Positions 34,092-43,637 of a DNA stretch of 64,000 bases are shown piece after piece. Each line of letters opens with the position of its first letter. Positions within the stretch are counted from its first letter, which is position 1. Under the pieces are notes generated by a model that worked only from the letters and a program-made list of their open reading frames with translations, was not told the origin of the DNA and made no database searches. The DNA comes from Gemmatimonadales bacterium (GTDB lineage: Bacteria > Gemmatimonadota > Gemmatimonadetes > Gemmatimonadales > GWC2-71-9): positions 67,375 through 131,374 of the forward strand of contig DASUJH010000024.1 of the NCBI GenBank assembly GCA_036279355.1, written 5' to 3'. A program made the position numbers and the translations under genes.

Positions 34092-34922
34092 GTGAATTTG
34101 GCATCGCCCCGATCTCCCCGCAAGGTTGTTGCGCTTGGGGCGCCTCCCTGCCGTGCGCTCGGGAGCCAGTGCCGGCGGCTCAAGGTCACGCTCCGCATCG
34201 GCTCGCTGGAGGAAGGACGGACGTCGCTCGACCACGAGGCGACCTGGCTGCTCGGCCACACGGCGCAGATCGCCTTCGGCGACATCTGGGAGGGGGGCGG
34301 CGACCTGTACGTCGAGGCGGTTCTGCACGTGCCCTGCCGCCACCTGCAGCTCCGCAGCGAAGGAGCGACGTGCCTGGCGCACGGCTATGCAAGCGCGCCC
34401 CATCGGGCAGGGCGGATCGCCGCGCAACCACGCCGCCTGGGAGGCGACCGATTCCGTGTGGTGGACGGCATGCGGCTCGTAGCGCGCGAGCTGCGACGCC
34501 CCGCAGCTCCACCGCCGCCGGCCACGCCCCGCGCGCTCCCAGTGATCGTCACCGACAATCCGTGTGTGAGCGCGCCCTGCCGGACAGCCGACAACCGCCG
34601 CGGCGCGGCGTGCTGTCGCGACCTCCAGATCGAGATCATGTGCACGCGCAGGCAGAAGGCACTCGAGGCGCTAGTGCGGGCCCGCCGCTCGCCATATATG
34701 TGCAAGGTCACCCGGCCGGGCGATTTCTCGATCGAGGCCGAAGTGATCTCGGCGTGCGGGTATCTTGAAGGCGACGGGATCAGCTGTGCGCTGCACGGCC
34801 GGGAACGGGTCGACGGACGGCCGGCCAAACCGGATCTCTGCAGCGACTGGCCGCCCAGAAACAAGGGCGTGCACCCCGGCTGCGTGTTCCGGCCGGTGCG
34901 CCGCCGGACACAGAGGGAATGA
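34092..34922 (+). CDS. Cysteine-cluster protein, YkgJ/UPF0153-like C-terminal half with unrecognised N-terminal domain
   Basis: High GC3 in this frame. Cys pattern PCVSAPCRTADNRRGAACCRDL ... ACGYLEGDGISCALHG...RPAKPDLCSDWP resembles the CxxCxxCC / C-x-(F/Y)-L...C...RP..C..(F/W)P layout. The GTG start is uncertain. Confidence 0.55.
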   Translation: MNLASPRSPRKVVALGAPPCRALGSQCRRLKVTLRIGSLEEGRTSLDHEATWLLGHTAQIAFGDIWEGGGDLYVEAVLHVPCRHLQLRSEGATCLAHGYASAPHRAGRIAAQPRRLGGDRFRVVDGMRLVARELRRPAAPPPPATPRALPVIVTDNPCVSAPCRTADNRRGAACCRDLQIEIMCTRRQKALEALVRARRSPYMCKVTRPGDFSIEAEVISACGYLEGDGISCALHGRERVDGRPAKPDLCSDWPPRNKGVHPGCVFRPVRRRTQRE

Positions 34923-35037
34923 TGCCCGAACCGCGGTGTGCAACCCCGTACAGGCCCGGCGTCCACATGGCAGTGCCCGCCAGGCGCCCGCGGAACTCCC
35001 CGCAGCGCGCCATCCGAGCCAGCGGCCGTGAGGATAC

Positions 35038-35550
35038 GTGAGCGACGAGTTCGAAGCGCTATACGAATCCACCTACACGGCGGTGGTCCGGTTTCTCTAC
35101 CGGAAGGTCTGGGACGCCGAGCGGGCAGAGGATCTGGCCCAGGAGGTGTTCGTGCGCATGCTGACGCACCGGCCCGAAAAGCCGAGGGCGTGGCTCTTCG
35201 CGGTGGCCGCAAACCTCGCACGGGACGAGGCGCGAGCGGCGGTCCGCCGCCGGCGTCACCTCACGCTGCTCAAGAGCGATCCCGTGGCGATGCCGTCGCG
35301 CGCGCCGTCGGCCGATGAGCAGATGGAGCGCGACGAGGAGCTGATGCTGGTGCACGATGCGCTCGAGGTGCTCACGCCGCGAGATCGCGAGATCCTGCTG
35401 CTATGGGACGCGGGGCTCAGCTACCCCGAAATCGCCGACCAGACCGGCCTCGCACTCGGCGCGGTCGGCACCACGCTGGCCCGCGCACGGAAGCGGTTGG
35501 TGGCCGCGCACGGCCGACAGGGAGCAGGTGGGCATGTTGCACATTCCTGA
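35038..35550 (+). CDS. ECF (group 4) sigma-70 factor
   Basis: Region 2 (AEDLAQEVFVRML...WLFAVAANLARDE) and region 4 (LTPRDREILLLWDAGLSYPEIADQTGLALGAVGTTLARARKRL). GTG start after GAGGA. Confidence 0.88.
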   Translation: MSDEFEALYESTYTAVVRFLYRKVWDAERAEDLAQEVFVRMLTHRPEKPRAWLFAVAANLARDEARAAVRRRRHLTLLKSDPVAMPSRAPSADEQMERDEELMLVHDALEVLTPRDREILLLWDAGLSYPEIADQTGLALGAVGTTLARARKRLVAAHGRQGAGGHVAHS

Positions 35551-36637
35551 AGACCGTCTGCACGCCTACCTCGATCAGGGTCTCGAGCGGCTCGAGTGCG
35601 TCGAGATCGAGAGTCATCTGGCCGAGTGTACCCGCTGTCAGACCCTGCGTGACAGCATCGCCGCGCTACGCGACCGCACCACGGCGCTCCTCGCCCGCGC
35701 GGCGCCGCGCCGACGCCTCCCGCCGCCCAGCGCGGAGATCCGCCGGATCGCCGACGAGCGGCTCGCCCGGCGCCAGCGCCGACTGCATCGCGTGGCATGG
35801 GCCGCGAGCGTGGTTGCGGCACTGGGCGTGGGGTGGGGGGCGAGTGTCCTGGTCCGCCCGACCGAACGGCACTCGATCGACCCGAGCGCCCCGCGTATGG
35901 CTGACCTTCCGGGTTCCCTCGCCGAGACACCGCGCCTGGCCGACGCACCCTCACCGCCGACCACCGCCCCCATGCTCGCGGCCGAACCTGAGCAGCCGGC
36001 CGATACGTCGGCGCGAAGCCCAGCCGAGCGTCACGCGACCTCTTCCACGCGTGCGGCGCCTCATTCGGCACCGGCCCAGCGCCACCGCGCGAGCGGCCAC
36101 ACGCGAAGCAGCACTGACCAACTCGCCGCCCGGAGCTCAGGCGGCGGTGCCGCGCACGCCGGACGCGACATTGATCAGCACACGGCGGCGGAGTTGACCA
36201 CCATCGGGCAGATTCCGAAGGACGCGCAGCTCGAAGTGGGCCGCATGTGGCGCACGGTGTCATGGGACGGCGCCAAGGACGCGGCGGGCGATGCGCCGCC
36301 GCGCATCGATGGACTTCCCGTGGTCGAGGTACAGGTTCAGGGCGGCGATAGCGGCAAGCGGCCGCTCATGGTCGTGGCGCAGCAGCTCAAGTCGGGCGAA
36401 GTGATCCGCACAATTGAAGGGCCGGCCGCGGATGTCTCGGTGCTGCTCGGCACACACCCCGCGTCGGTGAGCAGCGAATCCGCGTCGGCCCCGGTGCAGG
36501 CGCACTCTGCACCTGAAGGCTTCGGAAGCGCGCTCGCGCTCCGTCGCGGCGACCGCATGGTCGCGGTGACCGGCAGCCTGCCGAAGGATTCGCTTCGGGC
36601 AATGATGAACAGGTTGTTGAGGATGGGAAGGCGTTAG
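35534..36637 (+). CDS. Anti-sigma factor (zf-HC2) with single TM and unrecognised periplasmic domain
   Basis: HAYLDQGLERLECVEIESHLAECTRCQ carries the H-x3-C-x2-C motif. TM helix VAWAASVVAALGVGWGASVLV. The ATG at 35534 overlaps the sigma gene 3' end by 17 nt. Confidence 0.8.
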   Translation: MLHIPEDRLHAYLDQGLERLECVEIESHLAECTRCQTLRDSIAALRDRTTALLARAAPRRRLPPPSAEIRRIADERLARRQRRLHRVAWAASVVAALGVGWGASVLVRPTERHSIDPSAPRMADLPGSLAETPRLADAPSPPTTAPMLAAEPEQPADTSARSPAERHATSSTRAAPHSAPAQRHRASGHTRSSTDQLAARSSGGGAAHAGRDIDQHTAAELTTIGQIPKDAQLEVGRMWRTVSWDGAKDAAGDAPPRIDGLPVVEVQVQGGDSGKRPLMVVAQQLKSGEVIRTIEGPAADVSVLLGTHPASVSSESASAPVQAHSAPEGFGSALALRRGDRMVAVTGSLPKDSLRAMMNRLLRMGRR

Positions 36638-36652
36638 CGAAGCCGCCTTCCC
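36625..36652. terminator. 9-bp stem hairpin between convergent anti-sigma and actF genes
   Basis: GGGAAGGCG (36625..36633) pairs with CGCCTTCCC (36644..36652) with a 10-nt loop containing the anti-sigma stop codon. No U-tract. Confidence 0.45.
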
Positions 36653-36680
36653 CTCCGGTCCTTACCGCCTCTACCGCCCT

Positions 36681-38021
36681 TTACAAGTCTGCATCATGCA
36701 CGTAGTCCCGATCCGCATCCTCGTGGTCGAAGACGTCGACCTCGTGGTGACCGAGCTCGCGGCGCAGGGTGATCTCGGCGAGCCGGGGCGACACCATCGG
36801 AAACGTCCGACCGAACCAGGCATAGCTCAGGAGATAGAGACCGGTGAAGAGTAGCGTCGGCCCGAGCTCAAACACGCCGAATGCCGGGCCGGGGAGCGTC
36901 GTGATGGAGGGCAGGACGAGGATGTAGCTCTGGAGCCAGAGGGCCACGAGACTCACCGCCGCGAAGAAGCCGAGGGTGACCTTCGTCTTCTTCGGTGCCA
37001 CGCCGAGGAGTCCCATGAACGGCACGACGAACATCCCGAGGAACACCAGCCGGGCGATCGGCACCCACGGTCCCCAGAGTCGGCTGTAGATGAACCCGGT
37101 TTCCTCGGGCATGTTGCCGTACCAGATCACGATGAATTGGGCCCAGAGGAGATACATCCAGAACACGGTGAACCCGAAGCACAGCTTGCCTAGGTCATGC
37201 CGCTGCTTCGGTGAGATGAGATCGACGATCCCGAGGTGGCGGCCGTTGTGAATGAGGAGGAGCGCGAGCAGCATGTGGCCGCCGAGAAAGCAGGCCATGA
37301 AGAACCAGCCGCCGAACAGGTTGGAGTACCAGTGCGGCTGCAGCGCCATGACGCCGTCGAACGCGAGCAAGGTGAACACCGCCGCGAAGAGCACGGCATA
37401 CGTCGCCGAGCCCTGGCGGATCCGGTGGTCGTTCAGCTCGATCGAGCCTTCGGATCCGTCGTAGCCGGCGGTGAGGCGGAGGAAGCGCGCACGCCGGGCG
37501 CCGGTCACGGTCTCGCGGGCGGCAAACGCATCGGGCACGAGGTCGGCGCGCACGAAGCGCCACCCCACGTAGTACAGTGCGCCGAGCGCGATCAGCAGCC
37601 GGATGAACATCACCCAACGGGAGAGCCAGACGATCTTGGCCGGCTGCATGGTGGGCAACTGCGCCGCCATTGGTCCGTAGATGTGGGAATATCCCAGCGT
37701 GAAGATGACGACGAGCCCGAGGAGCGAAATCGGGAAGAACGCCACCGACGCTTCGGCGAATCGGAGCACGAGGCCCGACCAGCGGGCGTTCGCGATTTTA
37801 TAGGCCGCCGCAAGAGCGATGCTCCCCCCGGCGAGACCGGTGAAGTAGATCCAGTTGACGTGGAATAGACCCCACGCCCGGTCCGCGCCTGCGCCGCTGA
37901 TCGAGCTGATGAAGAGAATGAGCCCGAGCACGGCAAGGCCGCCGCCGATGCCAAGGAACAGCTCGTAGCGGCCGGCGAGCGATGCCGACACGAGCCGCTG
38001 GCGCAACCGGGCGGGGTCCAT
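36681..38021 (-). CDS. actF: Alternative complex III subunit ActF (NrfD-like membrane subunit)
   Basis: 446-aa polytopic protein, the last gene of the act run. Its start shares 1 nt with the actE stop. The position and size fit ActF. Confidence 0.75.
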   Translation of the reverse strand: MDPARLRQRLVSASLAGRYELFLGIGGGLAVLGLILFISSISGAGADRAWGLFHVNWIYFTGLAGGSIALAAAYKIANARWSGLVLRFAEASVAFFPISLLGLVVIFTLGYSHIYGPMAAQLPTMQPAKIVWLSRWVMFIRLLIALGALYYVGWRFVRADLVPDAFAARETVTGARRARFLRLTAGYDGSEGSIELNDHRIRQGSATYAVLFAAVFTLLAFDGVMALQPHWYSNLFGGWFFMACFLGGHMLLALLLIHNGRHLGIVDLISPKQRHDLGKLCFGFTVFWMYLLWAQFIVIWYGNMPEETGFIYSRLWGPWVPIARLVFLGMFVVPFMGLLGVAPKKTKVTLGFFAAVSLVALWLQSYILVLPSITTLPGPAFGVFELGPTLLFTGLYLLSYAWFGRTFPMVSPRLAEITLRRELGHHEVDVFDHEDADRDYVHDADL

Positions 38022-38689
38022 CAGCGCGGCCCTCGCGGCGCGGGCGAAGCGGGCGCAGGCGGCGCCGGTGCCGCCGCCTGCAAGGCGCGCACGTGGTCAA
38101 CAATGGCCCAGCGGTCGTGCGGATCGTAGATCTTGTCGCCGTAGCGCGGCATGAGACCGCGCCCGTAGCGGATCATGCTGTAGATGTAGCCGTCGCTCAG
38201 GCCACGGGCGTGCGCGGTGAGGAGCGACGGCGCGCCGATCTTCCGCCCCACCAGCCCATCCCCCGCCCCGCCCTGGCCGTGACAAACCGAGCAATACGTA
38301 TGGAACAGCGTGTCGCCGCGGGCGGCGAAATCGGCCGGGATCTGCGGGACGCTGGGATTGTACGGCGGCGGCGTGGGCGCCGGCGCGCCGGGTTTCGTCG
38401 GGTTCGTGAGCGTATCGGCGGTTGTCGTCTTGCCTCCCGCCCACTCGGCTCCCCAGTCCGGCTCTCCGCCGTTGATCGGCACCGTGCCGGGCACCGTGTA
38501 GCGCGGCACGTCGGCGCGGCCGTACGGCGTCACCGACTTCTGATAGATCATGTGGTCGAACCAGGGAATGGCGTGCATAACGTCGTCGGGCGACGGCAGC
38601 TTGTTGTAGTACCAGTCGCAACCGGTCGCGGCGATCGACGCCACCGCCAGCGCGAGCGTGAACCCCGCACGACGCTCACGCCGTGGCAT
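38021..38689 (-). CDS. actE: Alternative complex III subunit ActE (mono-heme cytochrome c lipoprotein)
   Basis: Lipobox IAATGC and a single CSVCHGQGG heme motif with a distal Met region (YSMIRYG.GLMP). ATG at 38689. Confidence 0.8.
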   Translation of the reverse strand: MPRRERRAGFTLALAVASIAATGCDWYYNKLPSPDDVMHAIPWFDHMIYQKSVTPYGRADVPRYTVPGTVPINGGEPDWGAEWAGGKTTTADTLTNPTKPGAPAPTPPPYNPSVPQIPADFAARGDTLFHTYCSVCHGQGGAGDGLVGRKIGAPSLLTAHARGLSDGYIYSMIRYGRGLMPRYGDKIYDPHDRWAIVDHVRALQAAAPAPPAPASPAPRGPR

Positions 38690-39242
38690 GGCGGACCTCC
38701 ACGGCACCGGCGTTCCGGAAGAGCTGTTCGATGGGGCGGGCATGTGCCGCGTCGGCGGCCACGAAGACGCCGACGCGGTCGTCACTGAAGCGCTCGTCGT
38801 AGAGGACGCCTCGCTGGCCCTGTGCCAGCACCAGCAGCAGGACGCCGAGGATCGTGGCGAGCGACCCGATGAGCACCGTCAGCTCGAACCCGATCGCAAC
38901 GAAGGCGGGCACCGCGGCGACGGCCTTGCCACCGACGAGCGTCGGCCAATCCATGTTCATCCAGATGGTCATCCCGAAGCCGCCGGTGAGCCCGGCCAGA
39001 CCGCCGAACAGGGTGAACAGGCGCACCGAGCTTACCGGCGCCTCGAGCGCCTCCTCCAACTCGTGGTTGGGGCTCGCGGAGTAGACGGTGAGCCGCCGGT
39101 GGCCCTGGGCCCGGAGGGCGTGGATGGCGTCGATGGCCGCGTCGATGTGATCGAACGAAGCCAGGACTCCGGGCGTGAGCGTGCGCGGCCCGCGCATGAG
39201 CGCAAACGGGTTGAGCGCCCTCGGCAGGAGCGGGAAGCCCAT
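38676..39242 (-). CDS. actD: Alternative complex III subunit ActD (DUF3341-type membrane protein)
   Basis: GVLASFDHIDAAIDAIHALRAQGH... followed by two TM helices (LFTLFGGLAGLTGGFGMTIW, AFVAIGFELTVLIGSLATILGVLLL). The ATG at 39242 shares 1 nt with the actC stop. Confidence 0.75.
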   Translation of the reverse strand: MGFPLLPRALNPFALMRGPRTLTPGVLASFDHIDAAIDAIHALRAQGHRRLTVYSASPNHELEEALEAPVSSVRLFTLFGGLAGLTGGFGMTIWMNMDWPTLVGGKAVAAVPAFVAIGFELTVLIGSLATILGVLLLVLAQGQRGVLYDERFSDDRVGVFVAADAAHARPIEQLFRNAGAVEVRHATA

Positions 39243-40588
39243 CAGTGGTGCCCTCCGCGCTTCCGGGGCATCGGGATCATCTCTTTCAGCTCCTGAATCG
39301 CCACGATGGGGAAATTCTTGGCGAAGAGGAGGAACCACATACCGAACCACCCGAACGAGCCGGCGAGGATGCCCCAGTCGGCCCAGGTGGGGTTCATGCC
39401 ATCCCAGGCCCACGGGATAAAGTCGTTGGAGAGCGAGGAGACGATGATCACGAAGCGCTCGAACCACATCCCGAGATTAATGAAGATCGAGATGACGAAG
39501 AGCGCGGTGATGTTGACCCGGATCTTCTTGAACCAGAGCAACTGCGAGATGAAGGCGTTGCAGGTGATCATGGTCCAGCCGGCCCACCAATAGGGGCCGA
39601 ACGGGCGCAGCCAGAAGGTGGTCTGCTCGAACGGATTGCCGCTGTACCACGCGATGAAGTACTCCATACTGTACGAGTAAAACAGGATGGAGCCGGTGAG
39701 CAGCGTGAGCTTGGACAGATTGTCGAAGTGATACGCCGTGATGATGTGCTCGAGCTTGAGCACCTTCCGGAGCGGAATGATGAGCGTCATCACCATCCCG
39801 AGCCCCGAATAGATGGCGCCGGCCACGAAGTAGGGAGCGAAGATCGTCCCGTGCCACGCGGGGACCAGCGCGGAGGCGAAGTCCCACGATACCACCGAGT
39901 GCACCGAGAGCACGAGCGGCGTCGCCAGCGCGGCGAGATAGAGATACGCCCGCGAGTAGTGGCGCCATTGATTGTCGGTGCCCTGCCAACCCACCGAGGT
40001 CCAGCGGTAGATGAGCTTGCGCCAGCCCGACATCTTGTCGCGCACGGCGGCGATGTCGGGCATCAGGCCGTAGCAGAGGAACAGCGTCGAGACCGTAAGA
40101 TAGGTCGAGATCGCGAACACGTCCCACAGCAGCGGCGACTTGAAGTTGGGCCAGAGAAACCGCTCATTGGGGTACGGCAGCAGCCAGTAGAAAACCCACT
40201 CGCGGCCGATGTGGATGATCGGGAAGAGACCGGCCGTCATGACGGCGAACACCGTCATTGCCTCGGTGGAGCGGTAGACCGCGGTGCGCCACGGCGAGCG
40301 GAAGAGAAACAGGATCGCGGAGATGAGCGTGCCGGCGTGGCCGATGCCGATCCAGAACACGAACGTCGTGATGTAGACGCTCCAGAAGATCGGCGGATTG
40401 TATCCCGCGTGGCCGAGGCCGTCCTTCACCAGGATGAGGAAGGTGATGGCGCCGACGAGGAAGAGACCGATCGCGCCGAAGAGCAGCAGGACGTAGCCGC
40501 GGTTCGGCCTCTCCAGCGTGGCGACGATGTCGCGGGTGATGTCGCCGTGCGTCGGCGGAATGGCCGGGAGCGGTGCAAGCGTAGCCAT
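39242..40588 (-). CDS. actC: Alternative complex III subunit ActC (NrfD/PsrC-like quinol-interacting subunit)
   Basis: 448 aa with ~10 TM segments. Blocks such as IFWSVYITTFVFWIGIGHAGTLISAILF and WHGTIFAPYFVAGAIYSG are typical of the NrfD family. ATG at 40588. Confidence 0.85.
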   Translation of the reverse strand: MATLAPLPAIPPTHGDITRDIVATLERPNRGYVLLLFGAIGLFLVGAITFLILVKDGLGHAGYNPPIFWSVYITTFVFWIGIGHAGTLISAILFLFRSPWRTAVYRSTEAMTVFAVMTAGLFPIIHIGREWVFYWLLPYPNERFLWPNFKSPLLWDVFAISTYLTVSTLFLCYGLMPDIAAVRDKMSGWRKLIYRWTSVGWQGTDNQWRHYSRAYLYLAALATPLVLSVHSVVSWDFASALVPAWHGTIFAPYFVAGAIYSGLGMVMTLIIPLRKVLKLEHIITAYHFDNLSKLTLLTGSILFYSYSMEYFIAWYSGNPFEQTTFWLRPFGPYWWAGWTMITCNAFISQLLWFKKIRVNITALFVISIFINLGMWFERFVIIVSSLSNDFIPWAWDGMNPTWADWGILAGSFGWFGMWFLLFAKNFPIVAIQELKEMIPMPRKRGGHH

Positions 40589-40592
40589 CCCG

Positions 40593-43500
40593 CTATGCCT
40601 CCGCCGCGCGGCGGACCTTCGCGAGATACGTGATCGCCGGGCGGGTGTTGAGGGATTCGAGCACGTGATAGCCCCGCCGATCCTGGGACAGCGCGTACAC
40701 CCGGCTGTCCGGATCGCGGAGATTGCCGAAGACGATGGCATCGGACGGACAGGCCTGCGCGCAGGCGGTGTTCACGTCGCCTTCCTTGAGGGTGCGGCTC
40801 TCGAGGCGCACCTCATTCTGCGCGCCGCGGATGCGCTGGACGCAGAAGGTGCACTTTTCCATGACGCCGCGGGCCCGCACGGTGACGTCGGGGTTGAGCT
40901 GCAGGTTGAGCGGCGCCGGCCATGCCTCATCGTTGTACTTGTACCAGTTGAAGTAGCGCACCTTGTACGGGCAGTTGTTGGCGCAGTACCGCGTGCCGAC
41001 GCATCGGTTGTAGACCTGGCCGTTGAGTCCGTCCACCGTGTGATAGGCCGCGTACACCGGGCAGACCGATTCGCACGGCGCGCTGCCGCACTGCTGGCAG
41101 AGCATCGGGACGAAGCGCGCCTCGAGGCCGCCCGCCGGGGAGTCGGCGAACGCGCCCTCCCAGTAGCGCTCGAGCCGGAGCCAGGTCATCTCCCGGCCGC
41201 GCCAGATCTCGTCCTCGCCCACGGTCGGGATGTTGTTCTCCGCGTAGCAGGCGGTGATGCATGCCGTGCAGCCGGTGCACCGCGAGAGATCGATGGCCAT
41301 GCCCCACATGGGGTGATCACCCGCGTAGTTGCCGAGGAGCGTGCGGGCGTGGACCTCGGCCGCCCATCCCTTGATGGCACGAAGCTCGCCCTCGGTGTTC
41401 GGCTCCGGTTCGGCGCGATGCTCGGCGACGAGCGCCTGGTGGATCGTCTCGCCGCGCTGGGCGGCCGCAAGCGTCATCGCCTCCGCGATACCGCGGCCGA
41501 GCTGGCGCGGCGTTCCCTCGGTGGTGGCGAGCTTGCGGTACGCCCTTGTCTTCTCCACCGACACTGTCAGGCCGGCAAAGGTGACGAAGGGATCGTCGGG
41601 CGCGGCCGGCACGAGGTCGAGCACGTTGATGCCGCGGCCGCTGGCGTAGGCTCCGTAGGCCGTGTGCCCGAAACCGAACGGCGTCGACAGCACGCGCGGG
41701 TGCACGCCCGGATAGAGCAGCACGGGCGCCTCCACGGCGCCCTGCGGCGTACGCAAGCGCAGGAACTCTCCGTTGCGGATGTCGAGCTGCCGGGCCGTGG
41801 TCGGATGGATCTCGATCCAGGAGTTCCAGGTGAGCTTCGTGACCGGATCGGGGTTCTCGAGGAGCCACGGCTTGTTGGTGCCCCGGCCGTCGTAGAGCAA
41901 CGGCGAGACGCCGGGCACGAGATAGAAGTCGCCGGCGCCGGGCGCCGGAAGGCGCGTGTAGGCCGGCGTGACGTTCGCGGCCAGGCGCACCTCGGGCACC
42001 GGGGGTGGCTCGAGATAAAGTCCGCCGCGCCGGAGCGACTCGCGCCAGAAGCTCTCGGCATCCCCGGCATGCTGCTCTGCGGCGAGCGTCTGCCAGCGGC
42101 TCTTGAGGTGCGCCTCGAAGGTGGGAGCGCCGAATTTCGCAAGCGGGCCGCCCGCCTTGCGCGCTACCGCGAGCAGAACGTCGCCGGTGTGCATCGTCTG
42201 GAACACCGGCTCCATGACGGGCTGCATGAGCCCGTACACGGCGGCGCGCGGGTGCGCGTCGTCCCAGCGCTCCAGCGCGTGGTGGTTCGGCAGCAGGAGA
42301 TCGCACTGCGCCGCCGTTTCGTCGAGGTAGAGGGACGTCGACACCTTGAAGGCGGCCTGCTTGAAGCGGGCCGCGAAGCCGCTCGCTTGCGGAAGCGTGT
42401 ACAGCGGATTGGTCTCGTGCACCAGCAGCACCGAGACCTGGCCGGCGTCGAGCGCCTGGGCGAGCGAATTGATCGCGGCGTGCCCGTCGGCCGCCTGCAA
42501 GTCGGCCCCGAAGCGCACGGTCTCGCCCACGTTGCCGGCGAGATAATTGAGAACGTTGGCGGCGGTGCAGGTCTCGACCGCCGCGCGGTACTGGTTGCCC
42601 GCGCCGCCGGCCACGGCGAGACTCGGCCGCGCCGCGGCGAGCTCGCGGCCGACGCGCCGGATTACATCCGCCGACACGCCCGATTCCCTGGCCGCCATCT
42701 CCGGCGTGAACTCGGCGATCGTTGCGGCGAGCCCATCGGCACCGGCTGGCGCGCCCTTGCCCTCGGTCGCCACGACGTTGGCGAGCGCCAGCGCGATCGT
42801 GGTCTCCGAGCCGGGCGGCACGAGGTACCACTCGTCAGCGTTGAGGCCGGTGAGCGGCGCGCGCGGCCCGAAGAAGACGAGCTTGGACATGCGCCCGTCG
42901 CGGAACCCGTGCGCGTCGGCAAAGCCGCGCGAATTCTCGACCGGCGAGAGCCACGTCTCGAGGAAATCAGTGCCGAAGGCGACCACGTATTGCGCCCGCG
43001 AAAAGTCGTGCGCCGGCACGTCGTCCCGGCCGAAGACGGCGCGGTTGGCGGCGCGGAGCGGCTCCTCGTCGAACGGCTGATAACGCACGACGCGGCCGCC
43101 GAGGGCGGCGGTCCATTCCGCCAGAAGATCGGAAAAGGTGCCCCGGCCAGCGCCCGAGATGACGGCCACCTTCCCCGCGGCGCCGGCGAGCTTTGCGGCC
43201 AGCCGGCCGATGGCGTCGTCCCACGTGATCTCGCTGAACCCGCCGGTGGCATTGCGCGCCATGGGCGCCTTCACGCGCCCGGGATTGTACAGTCCCTGGA
43301 GCGCGGCCTGGCCGCGGGAGCAGAGCTTGCCGCGATTCACCGGATGCTCGGGGTTGCCCTCGAGCTTGACCGCGCGCCCTTCACGGGTGCGCACGTGAAG
43401 GCCGCAGCCGCCGGCGCACTCGGTGCACGTGCTCGCGTAATATGTCGCGATGCCGGGGATCTGGTCCTCGGACTGAACCAGATAGGGGATGAGCTGCTGA

Positions 43501-43610
43501 ACCCGCTCGGTGGAACAGCCGGAGAGGAGCGCCGCGCCGGCACCCGACGCTCCCAGCACCGTGAGGAATCGGCGGCGATTGATGGATGTCTGATCGGTCT
43601 CGTCAGCCAT
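40593..43610 (-). CDS. actB: Alternative complex III subunit ActB (molybdopterin-oxidoreductase-like + 4Fe-4S ferredoxin fusion)
   Basis: Twin-arginine signal INRRRFLTVLGASGAGA, a long MopB-like domain, and C-terminal Fe-S cluster motifs CTGCTACITAC, CQQCGSAPCESVCP, CVGTRYCANNCP and CTFC. 1005 aa. Confidence 0.88.
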   Translation of the reverse strand: MADETDQTSINRRRFLTVLGASGAGAALLSGCSTERVQQLIPYLVQSEDQIPGIATYYASTCTECAGGCGLHVRTREGRAVKLEGNPEHPVNRGKLCSRGQAALQGLYNPGRVKAPMARNATGGFSEITWDDAIGRLAAKLAGAAGKVAVISGAGRGTFSDLLAEWTAALGGRVVRYQPFDEEPLRAANRAVFGRDDVPAHDFSRAQYVVAFGTDFLETWLSPVENSRGFADAHGFRDGRMSKLVFFGPRAPLTGLNADEWYLVPPGSETTIALALANVVATEGKGAPAGADGLAATIAEFTPEMAARESGVSADVIRRVGRELAAARPSLAVAGGAGNQYRAAVETCTAANVLNYLAGNVGETVRFGADLQAADGHAAINSLAQALDAGQVSVLLVHETNPLYTLPQASGFAARFKQAAFKVSTSLYLDETAAQCDLLLPNHHALERWDDAHPRAAVYGLMQPVMEPVFQTMHTGDVLLAVARKAGGPLAKFGAPTFEAHLKSRWQTLAAEQHAGDAESFWRESLRRGGLYLEPPPVPEVRLAANVTPAYTRLPAPGAGDFYLVPGVSPLLYDGRGTNKPWLLENPDPVTKLTWNSWIEIHPTTARQLDIRNGEFLRLRTPQGAVEAPVLLYPGVHPRVLSTPFGFGHTAYGAYASGRGINVLDLVPAAPDDPFVTFAGLTVSVEKTRAYRKLATTEGTPRQLGRGIAEAMTLAAAQRGETIHQALVAEHRAEPEPNTEGELRAIKGWAAEVHARTLLGNYAGDHPMWGMAIDLSRCTGCTACITACYAENNIPTVGEDEIWRGREMTWLRLERYWEGAFADSPAGGLEARFVPMLCQQCGSAPCESVCPVYAAYHTVDGLNGQVYNRCVGTRYCANNCPYKVRYFNWYKYNDEAWPAPLNLQLNPDVTVRARGVMEKCTFCVQRIRGAQNEVRLESRTLKEGDVNTACAQACPSDAIVFGNLRDPDSRVYALSQDRRGYHVLESLNTRPAITYLAKVRRAAEA

Positions 43611-43637
43611 TGCGGCTCCGAATGAGTGCGCCGGCCA

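Noticed and set aside
34992-35020. GGAAC (ECF-type -35) upstream of the ECF sigma gene.
   Set aside because: No CGTC/CGTT-type -10 element lies at the expected 16-17-nt spacing (the sequence there is TCCGAG), so autoregulatory promoter status is unsupported.
40518-43625. 1035-aa plus-strand ORF.
   Set aside because: It is exactly antisense to ActB, which has a TAT signal, a MopB-like core and four Fe-S motifs. The shadow translation is Arg/Ala/Gly/His-rich with no motifs.
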